DNA from: Octopus bimaculoides
Taxonomy: Eukaryota
Direction: 5' to 3'
Assembly: GCF_001194135.2 (NCBI RefSeq)
Contig: NC_068981.1
Location: 47,579,372-47,613,052, forward strand
Length of the DNA stretch: 33,681 nucleotides
Shown here: one piece after another, positions 1-11,702 of the stretch
Layout of the letters: the number at the start of each line of letters is the position of its first letter
How positions within the stretch are numbered: the first letter of the stretch is position 1
Program-made: the position numbers and the translations under genes
The notes under the pieces: model-generated
What the model was told of the DNA's origin: nothing
The model's database searches: none
The model's input: only the letters and a program-made list of their open reading frames with translations

Positions 1-38
<38 letters not shown>
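1..38. repeat. (AT)n microsatellite
   Basis: Direct reading. Confidence 0.98.
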
Positions 39-41
<3 letters not shown>

Positions 42-476
42 AATAACTATATATTGATATATACATACTTATATACACATCTATATACACATATGTATAC
101 ATGCATACATATACAAACATGTATCTAATATATGTATGCATATACATATATATAGGTGTGCACGCAAACATGCACGCACAGAGAGAGCGAGTGAGAGAAA
201 GTGTGTGTTAAGTGTGGTGTACAGAAATTGAATATTGAGAAAGAAGGTCGTCAGAATTTTGGTAAAAAAATTCTATTAATTTCTACATTTATATTAAACG
301 CTTTCGTACCCTTCTCGAACTTGTGAAAAATAGAATTTTGTGAATGTACAAAGAGCTAGTTCATTTATATAAAACAGATTTCTTTTGGGGTTTGTTTAGA
401 AGAGGAGAGCATGTTTATTTTTCTTGTGTGGGGGGTGATGTTCCATTACAATGGAGATATATAGAAATATACGCAG

Positions 477-545
477 GTAGATAGCTTGATAGATAGATAG
501 ATTGATTGATTGGTAGATAGATAGATTGTCAGTAAGACAGATAGA
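477..545 (+). repeat. (GATA/GATT)n degenerate microsatellite abutting the 5' end of PLE relic 1
   Basis: Direct reading. Confidence 0.9.
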
Positions 546-1645
546 TACAAGTATCTTTTGATCAAGAGTACAAGAAATATATCGTTTAAAAGTGGAAACC
601 CCTCCTTGATGATTGCTTCATCTTCTGGAACAGATCGAGTGAAGATCTAAGTATATTTAACAATATACTGAATACAATTCATTCATCGATCAAATTCCCG
701 ACAGAATCCAGTTGCAATGAATTACCATTTCTTGATATCCACATTAAAATACGGAACTCCACAGTCACAGCAAACATCTATTACAAAAATATTACACACA
801 ACAATATTTAAAGTTCTACTCGTGTCATCCATTACACATCAAAAGTATCAACTCATACAGCATGGCAAGTCTCATCTGTGCGATAGTGAGTGACACTAAA
901 ATACGTGAAATCCAACTCAACGAACTCAAAGACTCCCTCACAATGCAGAAATGCCCCTTAGAATTAATTAATGAGGGTATTAAAAAGGCAATAAAATTGA
1001 ACATCACCCAACTACGGACACCTAAGAAAAAGTAAAGGAAAACACGATTGCGTTCGTTAATACACACAGTCGTGTAACAACCAACATATGTCATGCCATA
1101 AAATACAAAGCCCCAAAATGAAAAATCTGATTGAAAGAGAACACCTTACGGAATAGTAGAGGCCAAACAGAAAATCTTGAAAAACACCTCACAAGGGCAG
1201 AATTCAAATAAGAGAACAAATCAGAATTCTTAGTAAAAGAATGTGGAGATAGATGTGGAAAATGCAACAATATCAACAACTTCAACTATTTAGAAAGTGG
1301 TTCCCACATAAAATTCAAGAGAGGATCCCTTTTCAAAATGAATGCAGATATGAACTGCGAAACGCAAAATCTCATATACTGCATTACCTGCCCAAACTGC
1401 AAAGACAATTTACATTGGCGAAACAAATAATTCCCTCTGCCAACGTGCAAGAGGGAATTATCCACAGGCAACATATCCGACAGGAGAATTAACGCAAGAT
1501 TCCATTAAGTAAGCATCTGGAAATATGCAGCGATGGAAAATTCAAGATTTCTCCCGTTTACGAAAGTGCACGGGATGATCCACAATACCGAAAAGCAATG
1601 GAAATATATTCCAGCAAAAAATTCTCTCGAAAATTGAACGTTTGA
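544..1645 (+). mobile_element. Penelope-like retroelement relic 1 (RT C-terminus, Cys linker, GIY-YIG endonuclease), 5'-truncated pseudogene
   Basis: Manual translation across frameshifts gives KWKPLLDDCFIFW (LDD at 605-613), FNNILNTIHSSIKF, ELPFLDI, YLKFYSCHP, linker CGDRCGKC, NLIYCITCPNC (LIY 1371-1379), YIGET (1411-1425) and IIHRQHIRQE..IPLSKHLEIC. Multiple stops and frameshifts. Confidence 0.92.
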
Positions 1646-1894
1646 AAGAAAAGCGGAGACATTACATTTTCTATTCTAAATATAATTCAAATATCGGAAA
1701 TATAATGCGTATCTCTGTAAATATTTAGGTATCTGTGTGTGGCATTGATATGTTCTGAGCTTTGCGTGTTTTTTTCCAGTTTGTAAGTGTTATACTAATG
1801 TTCTCTAATGCAAGAACATAAAATTGAATGTAGTGTGACTTCGTTTTTCAAAGCAAAGTATCGCGATTACACAGTATAAACATGGACATGTTCC

Positions 1895-1930
<36 letters not shown>

Positions 1931-1944
1931 TACACACACACACA

Positions 1945-2030
1945 NNNNNNNNNNNNNNNNNNNNNNNNNNNNNNNNNNNNNNNNNNNNNNNNNNNNNNNN
2001 NNNNNNNNNNNNNNNNNNNNNNNNNNNNNN
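1945..2030. other. Assembly gap. Other gaps: 7100-7141, 11816-11892, 17956-18246, 27676-27775, 30306-30374, 31829-32191
   Basis: N runs; each has a (TA)n or (CA)n-type tract on at least one side, as expected for short-read assembly breaks. Confidence 0.99.
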
Positions 2031-2184
2031 TGAAAGAAAAGCAGAAACAGTACATTTTGCTTTCTAAATATAACTCGAAGAAGGAAAATAGAAAGAAAGA
2101 GGGGGAAAAGAGAAGGAAAGACGAGAAAAAATAAGAAAAGTGTAAAAGATGGGAAGAAGGGGGGTGGATAGAAAAAAAAAGCAG

Positions 2185-2736
2185 AAAGACATTCAGTGAT
2201 GATCACACCACATCAAATTTTAAGAGGTCACCATCCCTAAACTCATTCCAATCCGTTGTCTTAAACCAATGTTTTGCAAAGATACCCACACAGATTGCAT
2301 ATCCGATGTTGATCAGCAAGAGCTCCAAGTAAGTTCTGATGATGGTGGATCTTAAAATGTCTTTTGAGGCCTCCGTTAGATTTGCAGACCTTATGGCAAA
2401 TATGGTATTGAAAGGTGTGCACATGCATATAGGCAGAATAGTTGGTGGATGTTTACGTACTACACCTCCAGTCTTCTTTCGTTCAAGTAATGTTAGTCAC
2501 AGTATGATTTCAAGTGCTTACAAGCAAAAGCGTTCAACTGTCACTACAGTAATGGGGAATGATTTGTGGATCTATATCGAAAATGTTGATGCGCACAACG
2601 TGCATGTGGAAACTGAAAATGGAAACAGTTATAGAAATTACGGTCAAATGTCTATCCAGTCTAGTGAAGAATTGTAAACAAGGAGATCCTGAAGCTGAAA
2701 TCATTTCCTTGTCAGATTCAACAGACACCAAATCAG

Positions 2737-2740
<4 letters not shown>
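2185..2740 (-). mobile_element. Probable 3' fragment of an RTE-like LINE with two degenerate C2H2 zinc fingers
   Basis: Minus frame 2428-2261 (56 codons, absent from the ORF track) reads FQYHICHKVCKSNGGLKRHFKIH..RICNLCGYLCKTL*. No TGEKP linker. GC-richer island bounded by simple repeats. Confidence 0.45.
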
Positions 2741-2741
<1 letters not shown>

Positions 2742-2804
<63 letters not shown>

Positions 2805-2842
2805 GCACACGCACGCACACGCACGCACACGCACGCACACGC

Positions 2843-2880
<38 letters not shown>
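2742..2880. repeat. Compound (TA)n-(CACG/CA)n microsatellite
   Basis: Direct reading; explains ORFs 2534-2878 and 2559-2933. Confidence 0.95.
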
Positions 2881-2883
<3 letters not shown>

Positions 2884-5863
2884 TGTGTCTATATGACTCG
2901 AAGAAAGATAATTTGAAATTTACGACATTGTAACTATAGAAAATACTTCAATATAATTATCATTACTGTAGTATTAAACAGTTAATAAAACTTTGAAGTA
3001 TTCGTTTGTCCTGCGGTGACTTAATTTCTTATTACTATGTTCAGTGCATGTTTGATTATCAGTGAAGTTATTTTGCTTCATATATTAAGCAACTGTTTGC
3101 AGACGTCTATAACTGTTCGTAATCGAATGAACTCGAAGCAACCTTTCAAATCTTTTATGTGAATATGAGAATATATACTGCGATATATTGATTTTAAACG
3201 TGAGATACTACATTACATATTGAATACTATGGATGAACTGCAACATGCATCTCAAAGTATATGATTATATTTGCAAACGATAGCCCCTCAAGCGTAATAA
3301 TTATTGAGCAATGATATTATCTCTTTCTAGTATTGATGGCGTAGTAGTAATGATATTTGTTGATTTTGAATGTGTTACATTAATTCGCAAACGATTCAAG
3401 CAGAGAACCGCAACGAAAGAGTTGCATTCCATTCAGAATTGTACTATGAATTTAGAACTGAAAACAGAAATTGGCGGGTAACAAGATTTTAGTACCCGGG
3501 TGAAAATGAACGCTATGACTTAAGGGATTCGTAGAGTGAAAAGCAAAAAGAAGAATAGGAGGCAAAATCATATTAAAGTTAGTGAAATGAAACCCTGTTT
3601 CGTGTATACGTTAGTTCCACACATATACGTTAGTGATACACATAAAATATTTTGAATGAAAAACGCCAAAATATCCTCACCCAAAAAATGTTTCACAAAT
3701 TCACCTGTCTAACAGGATTTGTAACGAATGTCTACGCTTCAAATAACTGATATGCAGAATGAATGACATTTCATAAAATCATAATATTTAAAGATATATG
3801 AAATCGGCATATGTAGAGAAACTGTATAAAAATTGTAATAAATTACTTCCATAACAATAAAATCAATATATGAGTTTAATTCAATTTGACAATAAAATTC
3901 TTTATATACAGATATATAATATTGATTCACATATCTTTATCAATTTATATTTATTCTTACAGCGTAAAGGTATGAAAAGGTATGAGAAATTCTAAACCTT
4001 ATGCCAGATATACCTTCAGAATGAAGTATATAATCTTATACAATAATGCAACTTCTAATTTATTAAGTTAAACCTGCATTTTTGTTTTTCCGTTTGTATT
4101 CGTATCTAACAGTATCAAATGGTATCAATTCATAGTGAATATCATAAGTCCTAAAAATGATTTCATAGAAAAATATTCGTGTATCGAATAGCTATGTTTC
4201 TAACTCTAATTGCAAGATTATACAGTTATAATTTATTGATAACGTTGACATATTTTTTGTTCTGTATATTCACTGCCACGAAGGTATGATACACAAATTT
4301 TATAGAAAATGTAAGTCAAATACGTGATTGTTAAAGTGTTATATGTAAGCATGTATGTGTATACAGCAGCATGTGGTTTACTTGCGTATAGAATTCATTC
4401 GTACATACGCAAACCTACTTGTGTATATTTAAAAGAATTCGTGTATGTGTGGAATATTAAACCTTTCACGGAAGATTTAGAAGAAAATTGTATAATAGAT
4501 ATGTTCATGGAAGCCGCTACAGCATTTAAGAGAGAGATCTTCATATTGCATTATTAATCTGCATTTATATGTGGAGTTAGTCAAGTGAATCGCCATATTG
4601 ATCACTTTTATTGCCAAATTAATTGCTGAGAAGTTCGTGGAATAGCCAATTTAATCAATAGGCAACTGAAAGACATTTTAATATCCTAGTTATGAAAGCA
4701 AACGGAATAAAACTAGTCAGCAAATCATAATTAAGGTTAACACAATTATGAAATAAGGAATGAATAATATGAGACCAAGAAGTTAAAATCAGGTTAAAAG
4801 TGAAATAAAATGCTGAATTTCTTAATCCTTAGTGCCACTGAGTGTGTGCAATGTCAAAATTCTATTTGAGAAATGAACCTAGTAAAACCTACGGTTATCC
4901 CACTTGTCTATAACGTGTTTGTCCTCACCCTTGGAATGATATCACGCACGCTATTTCATATATTCATATTCAGCATCTCAACTTCATCGTCTCAACCTGA
5001 ATACCAACCTTTGCCATCAATACTCTTGATGCATGAAGATATAGAAAGCAATCTCGATATCGTGTCGTATAAAGTTACTACACTTCGTCAGTTACCACAT
5101 ATACTTACATGCAGACATACATACATACATACTCACACACACATACGTACATACATATGGCTATGCATACATATATACATTTGCTTAAAAACCAACATTC
5201 AATGGATACATCCAATTGCTTCACCTAACCAGAGAATGACAGAAATATGGAAAATGCAACGTTAATTTTCTTACAAATTTTGCTGACGCCTGCGAAGTGA
5301 TACATCATGTAAAAGAGATATATCAAATAATTATTAGTAACATTATGTGAATGCATTCTTTGAATATTAGAAGAAAAAACATTAAAATTCAGAACTACCA
5401 TAGAAAGATCGTGTATGTGTTCAGATGTTTTACCAAATAAAATGAAATATTATTTTCTATAGATAGAATACCGGATTGTACAATGCGTTTCTCCATTTTC
5501 CTAAATGCTTTGTTTGATGCCTTGTCTACAAAAGTTGAGTTTATAGGAACATTTATTATATGTGTAATTCTTTCGTTTTATTTTACTGTGATTAATATTA
5601 TTCATACATTTATGTTATCTTAAGCTATGGAGTGGAGGGGTAAAGAGTAACGTATCTATAATAACGTTATTAATATAGCAAGGGGGGAATGTGGTTGTCA
5701 TGAGGAAGGAAAGGAAGAGAGAAATAGAAAAAAAGAAAGACAGAAAAGGAAGAAAAGAGAGAAAGGTTGGGAATGGGAAGAAAGAAGTAGAGAGAGAAAA
5801 TGAGCAAGAACTTATGTATATAGTAAACCTGCATAAAATATATGTATTCATTCATTTATGTTT

Positions 5864-5895
5864 TTACATGTTTCGGTCATTTGACTGCGGCTTTG
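5864..5895 (-). mobile_element. Short 3'-tail scrap of SINE family A
   Basis: TTTTACATGTTTCGGTCATTTGACTGCGGC matches the tail seen at ~6105-6140 and ~19105-19140. Confidence 0.55.
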
Positions 5896-6102
5896 CTCGT
5901 GCAGCGCATATACGTATATGGATGTCAAGTTCAAGTTAATGGAACAAATTCACCATTCTGTTTACTCAACTCTTTCATTCATTCGTGGAGAACTAAATTT
6001 CAGAATTATCCAAGCTAGAAAGTGATCACTCTTCAACAGTGTGTAGCCATCTATCTGTTAATGTATGTATTTACCTACACATAATGTATTATTTTATCTA
6101 TG

Positions 6103-6322
6103 TATTCTTTTACTTGTTTCGGATAACTGACTGCAAACATGCTGTAGCTCCGCACTTCGTCGGAAAATCGACCCGAGAACTTATTGTTGTTAAGGCTAGT
6201 ACGTATTTTACCGTCTCTTTTGGCCCAACCGGATTCTTTCAGCTTTCCTCTAACAAATCCACTCACAAGACTTTGGTCGTCTCGAGGCTATAGTAGAAGA
6301 TACTACCCCAAGGTGCCATGCA

Positions 6323-6325
<3 letters not shown>
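6103..6325 (-). mobile_element. SINE family A copy with tRNA-like head lost and central segment deleted
   Basis: Colinear with 19105-19455 (tail ttttacttgtttc..gactg..catgctg; aatccactcacaag.ctttggtcg). It lacks the middle block and ends in (AT)n where the B box should be. Confidence 0.8.
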
Positions 6326-6370
<45 letters not shown>

Positions 6371-6499
6371 ATACCAGAGGAAGAAGAATTTCGGTAATCC
6401 CTACATGGTGAGTAGTAATATACATAAGAAATTAAAGAAGGAAGATGCACACACTCTACATAACATTAATATAATTTGTAATATATCGTATATTGCGTT

Positions 6500-6532
6500 T
6501 GTCGACCGGTTTCGCTTTCGTTAATCATGACA
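6500..6532 (-). ncRNA. Degenerate minimal type I hammerhead relic (family H4)
   Basis: Minus strand reads TGTC-ATGATTA-ACGAAAGC-GAAACCGGTC-GACA: helix I TGTC/GACA, core ATGATTA instead of CTGATGA, GAAA-loop helix II remnant, palindromic ACCGGT helix III, GTC site. Confidence 0.5.
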
Positions 6533-7141
6533 TTAAAAGTTATTTAAATACGTATTTTCTTAAAAGCATTTCTTTTTGTCCATGTTATGCGTGGAGTTAT
6601 GTATAAATGATTAAAAAAGTAGACAAAAAGTATGGGAGGTATTTGGTTATCATTATTTTTGCGAGCGTGGCATAATTGTTCATCTTTCGGTGGTGGGGAA
6701 TATATATATATAATAATAATAACATTAGGGACAAAATCCAAAATTACAAGTAAAAACTAAATTAAAATCAATTTATAAAAAAATTAAATTAAATTGAGTT
6801 TTATAGATAAAATATATATAAAATATATAGTTTTAGGGAAACTAACCAAGTATCAAGAACTCATCGATGAAAATCCACTATCACATATAGAAAAATTAAC
6901 AATTAAAAGCTCAATAAATGAGTATAATATAAAGCAAAGTAAATATCATAAGATAAATATAATAACATGATTACACGTGTTTCATAACTAATTTTCAAAT
7001 ACAAAGGAAATTTAAATCGATTAAAATCAATTGAAATTATCGAAAATTAAATTGTATTAAAAAATATAGCTAATCGTCAGATCGTAAGTAGAACAATAAN
7101 NNNNNNNNNNNNNNNNNNNNNNNNNNNNNNNNNNNNNNNNN

Positions 7142-7198
<57 letters not shown>

Positions 7199-7289
7199 TT
7201 CAAAACCTAGAGTAGTGGGAGAAATATGTACAGTTATGTGTATGTAATCGTGAATTAAAATATGTAGAGACCTCAAAATCGGTTAAACG

Positions 7290-8442
7290 CGCATATTTAG
7301 ACATGTTATGTATCTTATGATTAAGACGGTTTCTTTATTTAGACGTTGTTGTATAGAATTTGTGATTGGCACTGGTAGAACTGGAAATCTGTAAAATGTG
7401 GTTTGATGTTGCCTGCACATCTCACCATGTGTTCACTTAAAGGTATATGTCTGTATTCCGGGAACCGGATCTGCTCTTTATGTATAGTGGTTCTCCGTCT
7501 CAATTTCATACTCGGCTATCCTAGATAGTGATGTCCACAACTCTAGCAGGTCATTACATAAATTAGATTCTCAGAGGCACATGCGAAGTTGGTTTTAATT
7601 GGGAACTGCTCTCCTTGTTTGAAAAGGAAATCTGAGCCTTCACATGTGTTGAAGTATGTTCCACAGTTTCAGCGTCCACATTTTTTGACTGTTGGTTTCG
7701 CACCTGTTGTGCAAGGCTTAGCCTTTGTTAGATGGGTGCTTTAGCGATTTGTGTTGCTTTTTACAATTGATGAATTTATTTGCTTTCATGATGTTGTGCA
7801 TTTATGTGTCTCTACTTAGTAAAGGAAGATTTTGCAAAATAGTGTTGTACGGCGCATTATTTCTAGGGTTGTGCGTTGATATATATAGTAGTGTTTTGAG
7901 AAAGGGGTGCGGTGTTATGTTTTGCTGTCTTTAGAATTTTTATGTCTAATTTCTTGACGCGCTTAATTCTATCGTCTATAAGTGAAGATGGATATTGTCT
8001 TTCAGTTAATATTGTTCTGAGGCCTTGAAAACGACGGACCCGGGTAATTCTATCAGACACTATTGTGCAAATCCTCTTTGCCAAATTAAAGGGGATATCT
8101 ATTTTGATGTTTCAGGTGGCATGAGCTAAAAAGGAGATGTCGCTTCCAGTTTGTTGAATTATGATAGATGTCAGTTAAAATTTGGTTGTTGGCATTTATT
8201 ATCATGATATCCAAAAATGGGAGCTGTTCTTTGCTATATTCTATTGTGTATTGAATGTTAATGTTTATGTCATTTAATGTTGAATTGAATTCCAAAAGTT
8301 TATCGATGGTCTCCTTCCAAATGATAAGACAGTCATGCAGGTATCTTTTTCTAATTTTCTCTTATGTAATTGTGAAATGGATAACCATATTTTTGCAGTG
8401 ACACTTCATATATGGTGAATTCAAAATAACCTAAAATGAGGT
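7290..8442 (-). mobile_element. Penelope-like retroelement relic 2 (RT C-terminus, Cys linker, GIY-YIG), 5'-truncated pseudogene
   Basis: KRYLHDCLIIW (YLHD at 8332-8343, one catalytic Asp changed to His), EQLPFLDI..TDIYH..SSCH (ORF 8086-8295), AKRICTIVSD (ORF 7863-8084), KKCGR*NCGT, ENLIYVMTC*SCGHHYLG, IHKEQIR..IPLSEH. Confidence 0.93.
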
Positions 8443-9927
8443 CACAATATGCATGCATGTATGTATGCATTTATTTATATATGTATGTATATATAGATAG
8501 ATAGACAGATATATACATACATAGATAGATAGACGGACAGAACGATATATACATGTATACATACTATATATGCATAAATACGTTATATGCAGCTTACATA
8601 CTTGCATGCATACTATATATGAAAGGTATGCAACATCTATGTTGTCTTAGAAGGCTGAAATGTATGATATTGACGCTCTTAGGCACTGGTGTCGGAAAAT
8701 TGTCAGCAGGATTGTTAAAAAATGATTATTACTGACAGAACCACTACAATTCAATACATCGTCGGCGATGAAATTCGGGTGCTATGCGTATAGTGCACAT
8801 CAGCTGCTGTATCAGACGATTCTCGTTCTCCAAAGATTTAAATGTGTGTTTTTATGCATCATTCGCCCAATGAGGGGTTCGCTGCAGCTTTCGGCTTCTG
8901 AACAAAAACAACCAAATTGAAGTTTGGATATAAAGATTACCGTCACACCGCTTCTATCACAAATACTTGTGGATTTGCGAATGTGTGTGGATGGATGTCT
9001 GCGCCTCTGCGCCTGTCCCTCTGTATGTGTATTTACACACATAGATTTGCATATGTGCATAATTCATATTTGCATTCGTATACCTCCTTATAAAATTCTT
9101 TATAGAAACGCAATATTTATTGCTGTTGACAGAAACGCTATATTGATAGTTATAATTGTCTTTTTTTTTATTCATTTGACTATTAAAATAGCCACCGTTT
9201 TCCCGTTTGTACTGGCCGTTGTGTCATTCCCATTATTAGTATAATGTGAATGTCATTATGAATACTTACATTGCTTTGCGATCCGTAATGCAGAAATGTT
9301 AGTGAGGAAACCAACACATGGTGTTCGGTGTGTCTATCTATTTCTATGCAGCTATGTCTGTATCGCAAAGTTGCCTTCCCACGAACTGACATAATGTTTA
9401 TTTTGCATTTCCTTATTTTTTATAACTGTCATGGCTTTAACTTCATAAATAACTGAGATCATCAAGCATGCCTGCTTGAGTAGGAAAGTTTCAGCGTCTC
9501 GACATTTACATTATTGAGTAGGCACTCACTTGCTGCGTCTTGCTAGTGTTGAAGTCCTGTACAATTGGACAACAGCTGTATGATATTTTTACCAAACCTA
9601 TTAAAATTTGTTCATGTGCCAATGGTTTCTATGAAATATTTATCTAATAAGATCAGGAATATTTTTGTTTAAGTTAGTCAGAATGTACAAAGAGAAAAGT
9701 ATAAAGCATATTATTTCTCTGGGTCTACAGGTAGGTGTCATACTTTTCATTGATGGCGTGTGAGATATCTTATCTCCGAAGATATTTTATCTCCCACTGT
9801 TATTAGGTGGATGAATTATTAAATGCTGGTAACATATCCCGTCTTATCTAAGGGAATCAACTTCAATGCTTGATTTCCTTAGAATGAAACTATTGGTACC
9901 TCATATTTATACATTGTGTATTGATAC

Positions 9928-10040
9928 GTGGCATACTGGTTACGTTTCTTAGAACGTGGGTTCGATTCCAGGACCGAGTGACTAGTTATGATCTTGAGTA
10001 CACTTTCAAATATCTCCAGCCCATTGCGCTGCAAATAGAT
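9928..10040 (+). mobile_element. tRNA-derived SINE family B, degraded 5' half
   Basis: A-box-like GTGGCATACTGG and B-box GGTTCGATTCC at ~9959-9969. Downstream sequence is similar to the reverse complement of 29646-29887. Confidence 0.7.
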
Positions 10041-10509
10041 AACTACATGTGACATTCTACTCGATCACGTGGTGACGTCCTTTATCCCCCCCCAATCACC
10101 CCTTTACCTTTTTCTCTCTCTCTCATAGCTCACACGCAACCATCGTTGATTTTCTTTTCCTCGTGTGGCACTTTTTTCAAAAGAACAGACGTGTTTGTTT
10201 TCGTTCAGTTTCCTTGAATGCCTCCACTCTCATGTTTTCTTTTGCAAATTTGAGACTGCATAATTCCTAAATTTTATTTAGGAATTTGTGGAGCAACTGT
10301 CTTTCATGACTCCCACTGTCAATGCATGTTCGAAATAAATATTAAACAGACAGTCGACAACAGATCTTCATTTTTGACTCGTTGCTTACGTATTTAACAC
10401 GTTTGTGTCCGAATTTCATGTTATTTGCGCCGATGGTGACGCTCTATGCACACACGCACACACACACAAATACACACACACACACAGACACACACACACA
10501 CACACAAAC

Positions 10510-10532
10510 ACCACGACACGACACGACACGAC
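10510..10532 (+). repeat. (CACGA)n pentamer tract at the outer end of arm H2-A, following (CA)n at ~10450-10510
   Basis: Direct reading. Confidence 0.85.
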
Positions 10533-10534
10533 AT

Positions 10535-10696
10535 GTGACAATAAGTTGCTTGTCATAATAAAACTCATAGTTGCGGATGTCGGGGCTGAAGTCTGCTCCG
10601 GCATCTCATCAGTTATTAAGACACACTCTGTGGACAAAAAAAAGACGTTAAATAAAGGGAAATTACTCTAACAGGCATGAGGAAAGTAATTCTTCA
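10535..10696 (-). repeat. Left arm of inverted repeat, carrying hammerhead H2-A
   Basis: Reverse complement aligns by eye to 11548-11702 over ~155-160 nt. Confidence 0.9.
10552..10622 (-). ncRNA. Type I hammerhead H2-A (core lesion GAAAC to GCAAC)
   Basis: GTC-T-TAATAA-CTGATGA-GATGCCGG..CCGACATC-C-GCAACT-ATG-AGT-T-TTATTA-T-GAC. Helix I TAATAA/TTATTA plus GTC/GAC; helices II and III pair; A13 is substituted. Confidence 0.8.
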
Positions 10697-11547
10697 TTGA
10701 TAGCAACAGTAAATGCACACATACATGTATGTATGTATATAATATATATATATATATATTACATACTCACAAACATGTGTACATATACATGCAAACACAC
10801 ATATATACATTTATATGTCTACGCATATAAGCACATACACACGCATATATACCAATACACGCATCACTACGTTCTTATACACATCACTACATGCATACAC
10901 ACATACATACGCTAATATGCAAAACATTGTTTATACGCACAAAAACGTACATACATATAAAACACATTCTCAAAAAACATAACCCGTAAAATATTCACAT
11001 TCACCGCACAACTTGAATATACGAATGAGTTATTTATGTATACACAAAACTACACTCTTCTGTCTGTCAAACCCGTCTACACCTGCAGATATATAAACGT
11101 ATATGCATATATATATGTATGAAGGAAGGGGATAAATACAACAATTAGAGTCTTGCAATCGTATATATACAGTCATTCGTATACATTTATATATGCAAGC
11201 ACATACACCTTAAGTAAATACTGCACGCGTATGAATTACACAATTCTAAAGGGTGAAAAATAATATACAGAAAAATATATAAATTAATAAATCATATATA
11301 AGAACTATATATGACATGTGGTACGTATGAAAGGTTGTACGTGGACATAATATCTGTGATCTTGGGGGCGTCCAAAAAGGTAGCAAATATTTTGCCTTAT
11401 GTGGACATGACCTCAAAAGTTCAGTTCTTGAATTTAGACAGGTAGCAGGGTGTAAAGAACTTGTTCAGATGAGCCACCTTTCCATATCGCAAAGACCGTA
11501 CGTGTGTGTGTGTGTGTATATATGTGTGCATATGCGAGTTATATGAT

Positions 11548-11702
11548 TGAAGTATTACTTTGGGCATGCCTATTCAGTAATTTCCCTTTATTCAACAGTT
11601 TCTTTTTCATACCGTTTGTCTTAACTGATGAGATGCCGGAGCAGACTTCAGCCCCCGCATCCGAAACTTTGAGTTTTATTATGACAAGCAACTAATTGTC
11701 AC
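11548..11702 (+). repeat. Right arm of inverted repeat, carrying hammerhead H2-B
   Basis: Inverted copy of 10535-10696. Outer ends are GTGACAA (10535) and TTGTCAC (11702). Confidence 0.9.
11614..11688 (+). ncRNA. Type I hammerhead H2-B (intact core)
   Basis: CTGATGA 11625-11631; helix II GATGC/GCATC; GAAAC 11663-11667; helix III ACT/AGT with TTG loop; GTT triplet; helix I TAA/TTA plus distal GTTTGTC/GACAAGC. Confidence 0.85.

Noticed and set aside
2339-2677. 112-aa plus-strand ORF
   Set aside because: No recognisable domain; antisense to the zinc-finger/LINE remnant.
6740-7075. Very AT-rich tracts (also 30420-31400) as possible NUMTs
   Set aside because: No mitochondrial gene, tRNA or rRNA motif could be recognised.
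7655-7680. In-frame TGA in the Cys linker of PLE relic 2 as possible selenocysteine
   Set aside because: It is not at a Cys position, the copy is full of stops and frameshifts, and no SECIS was seen.
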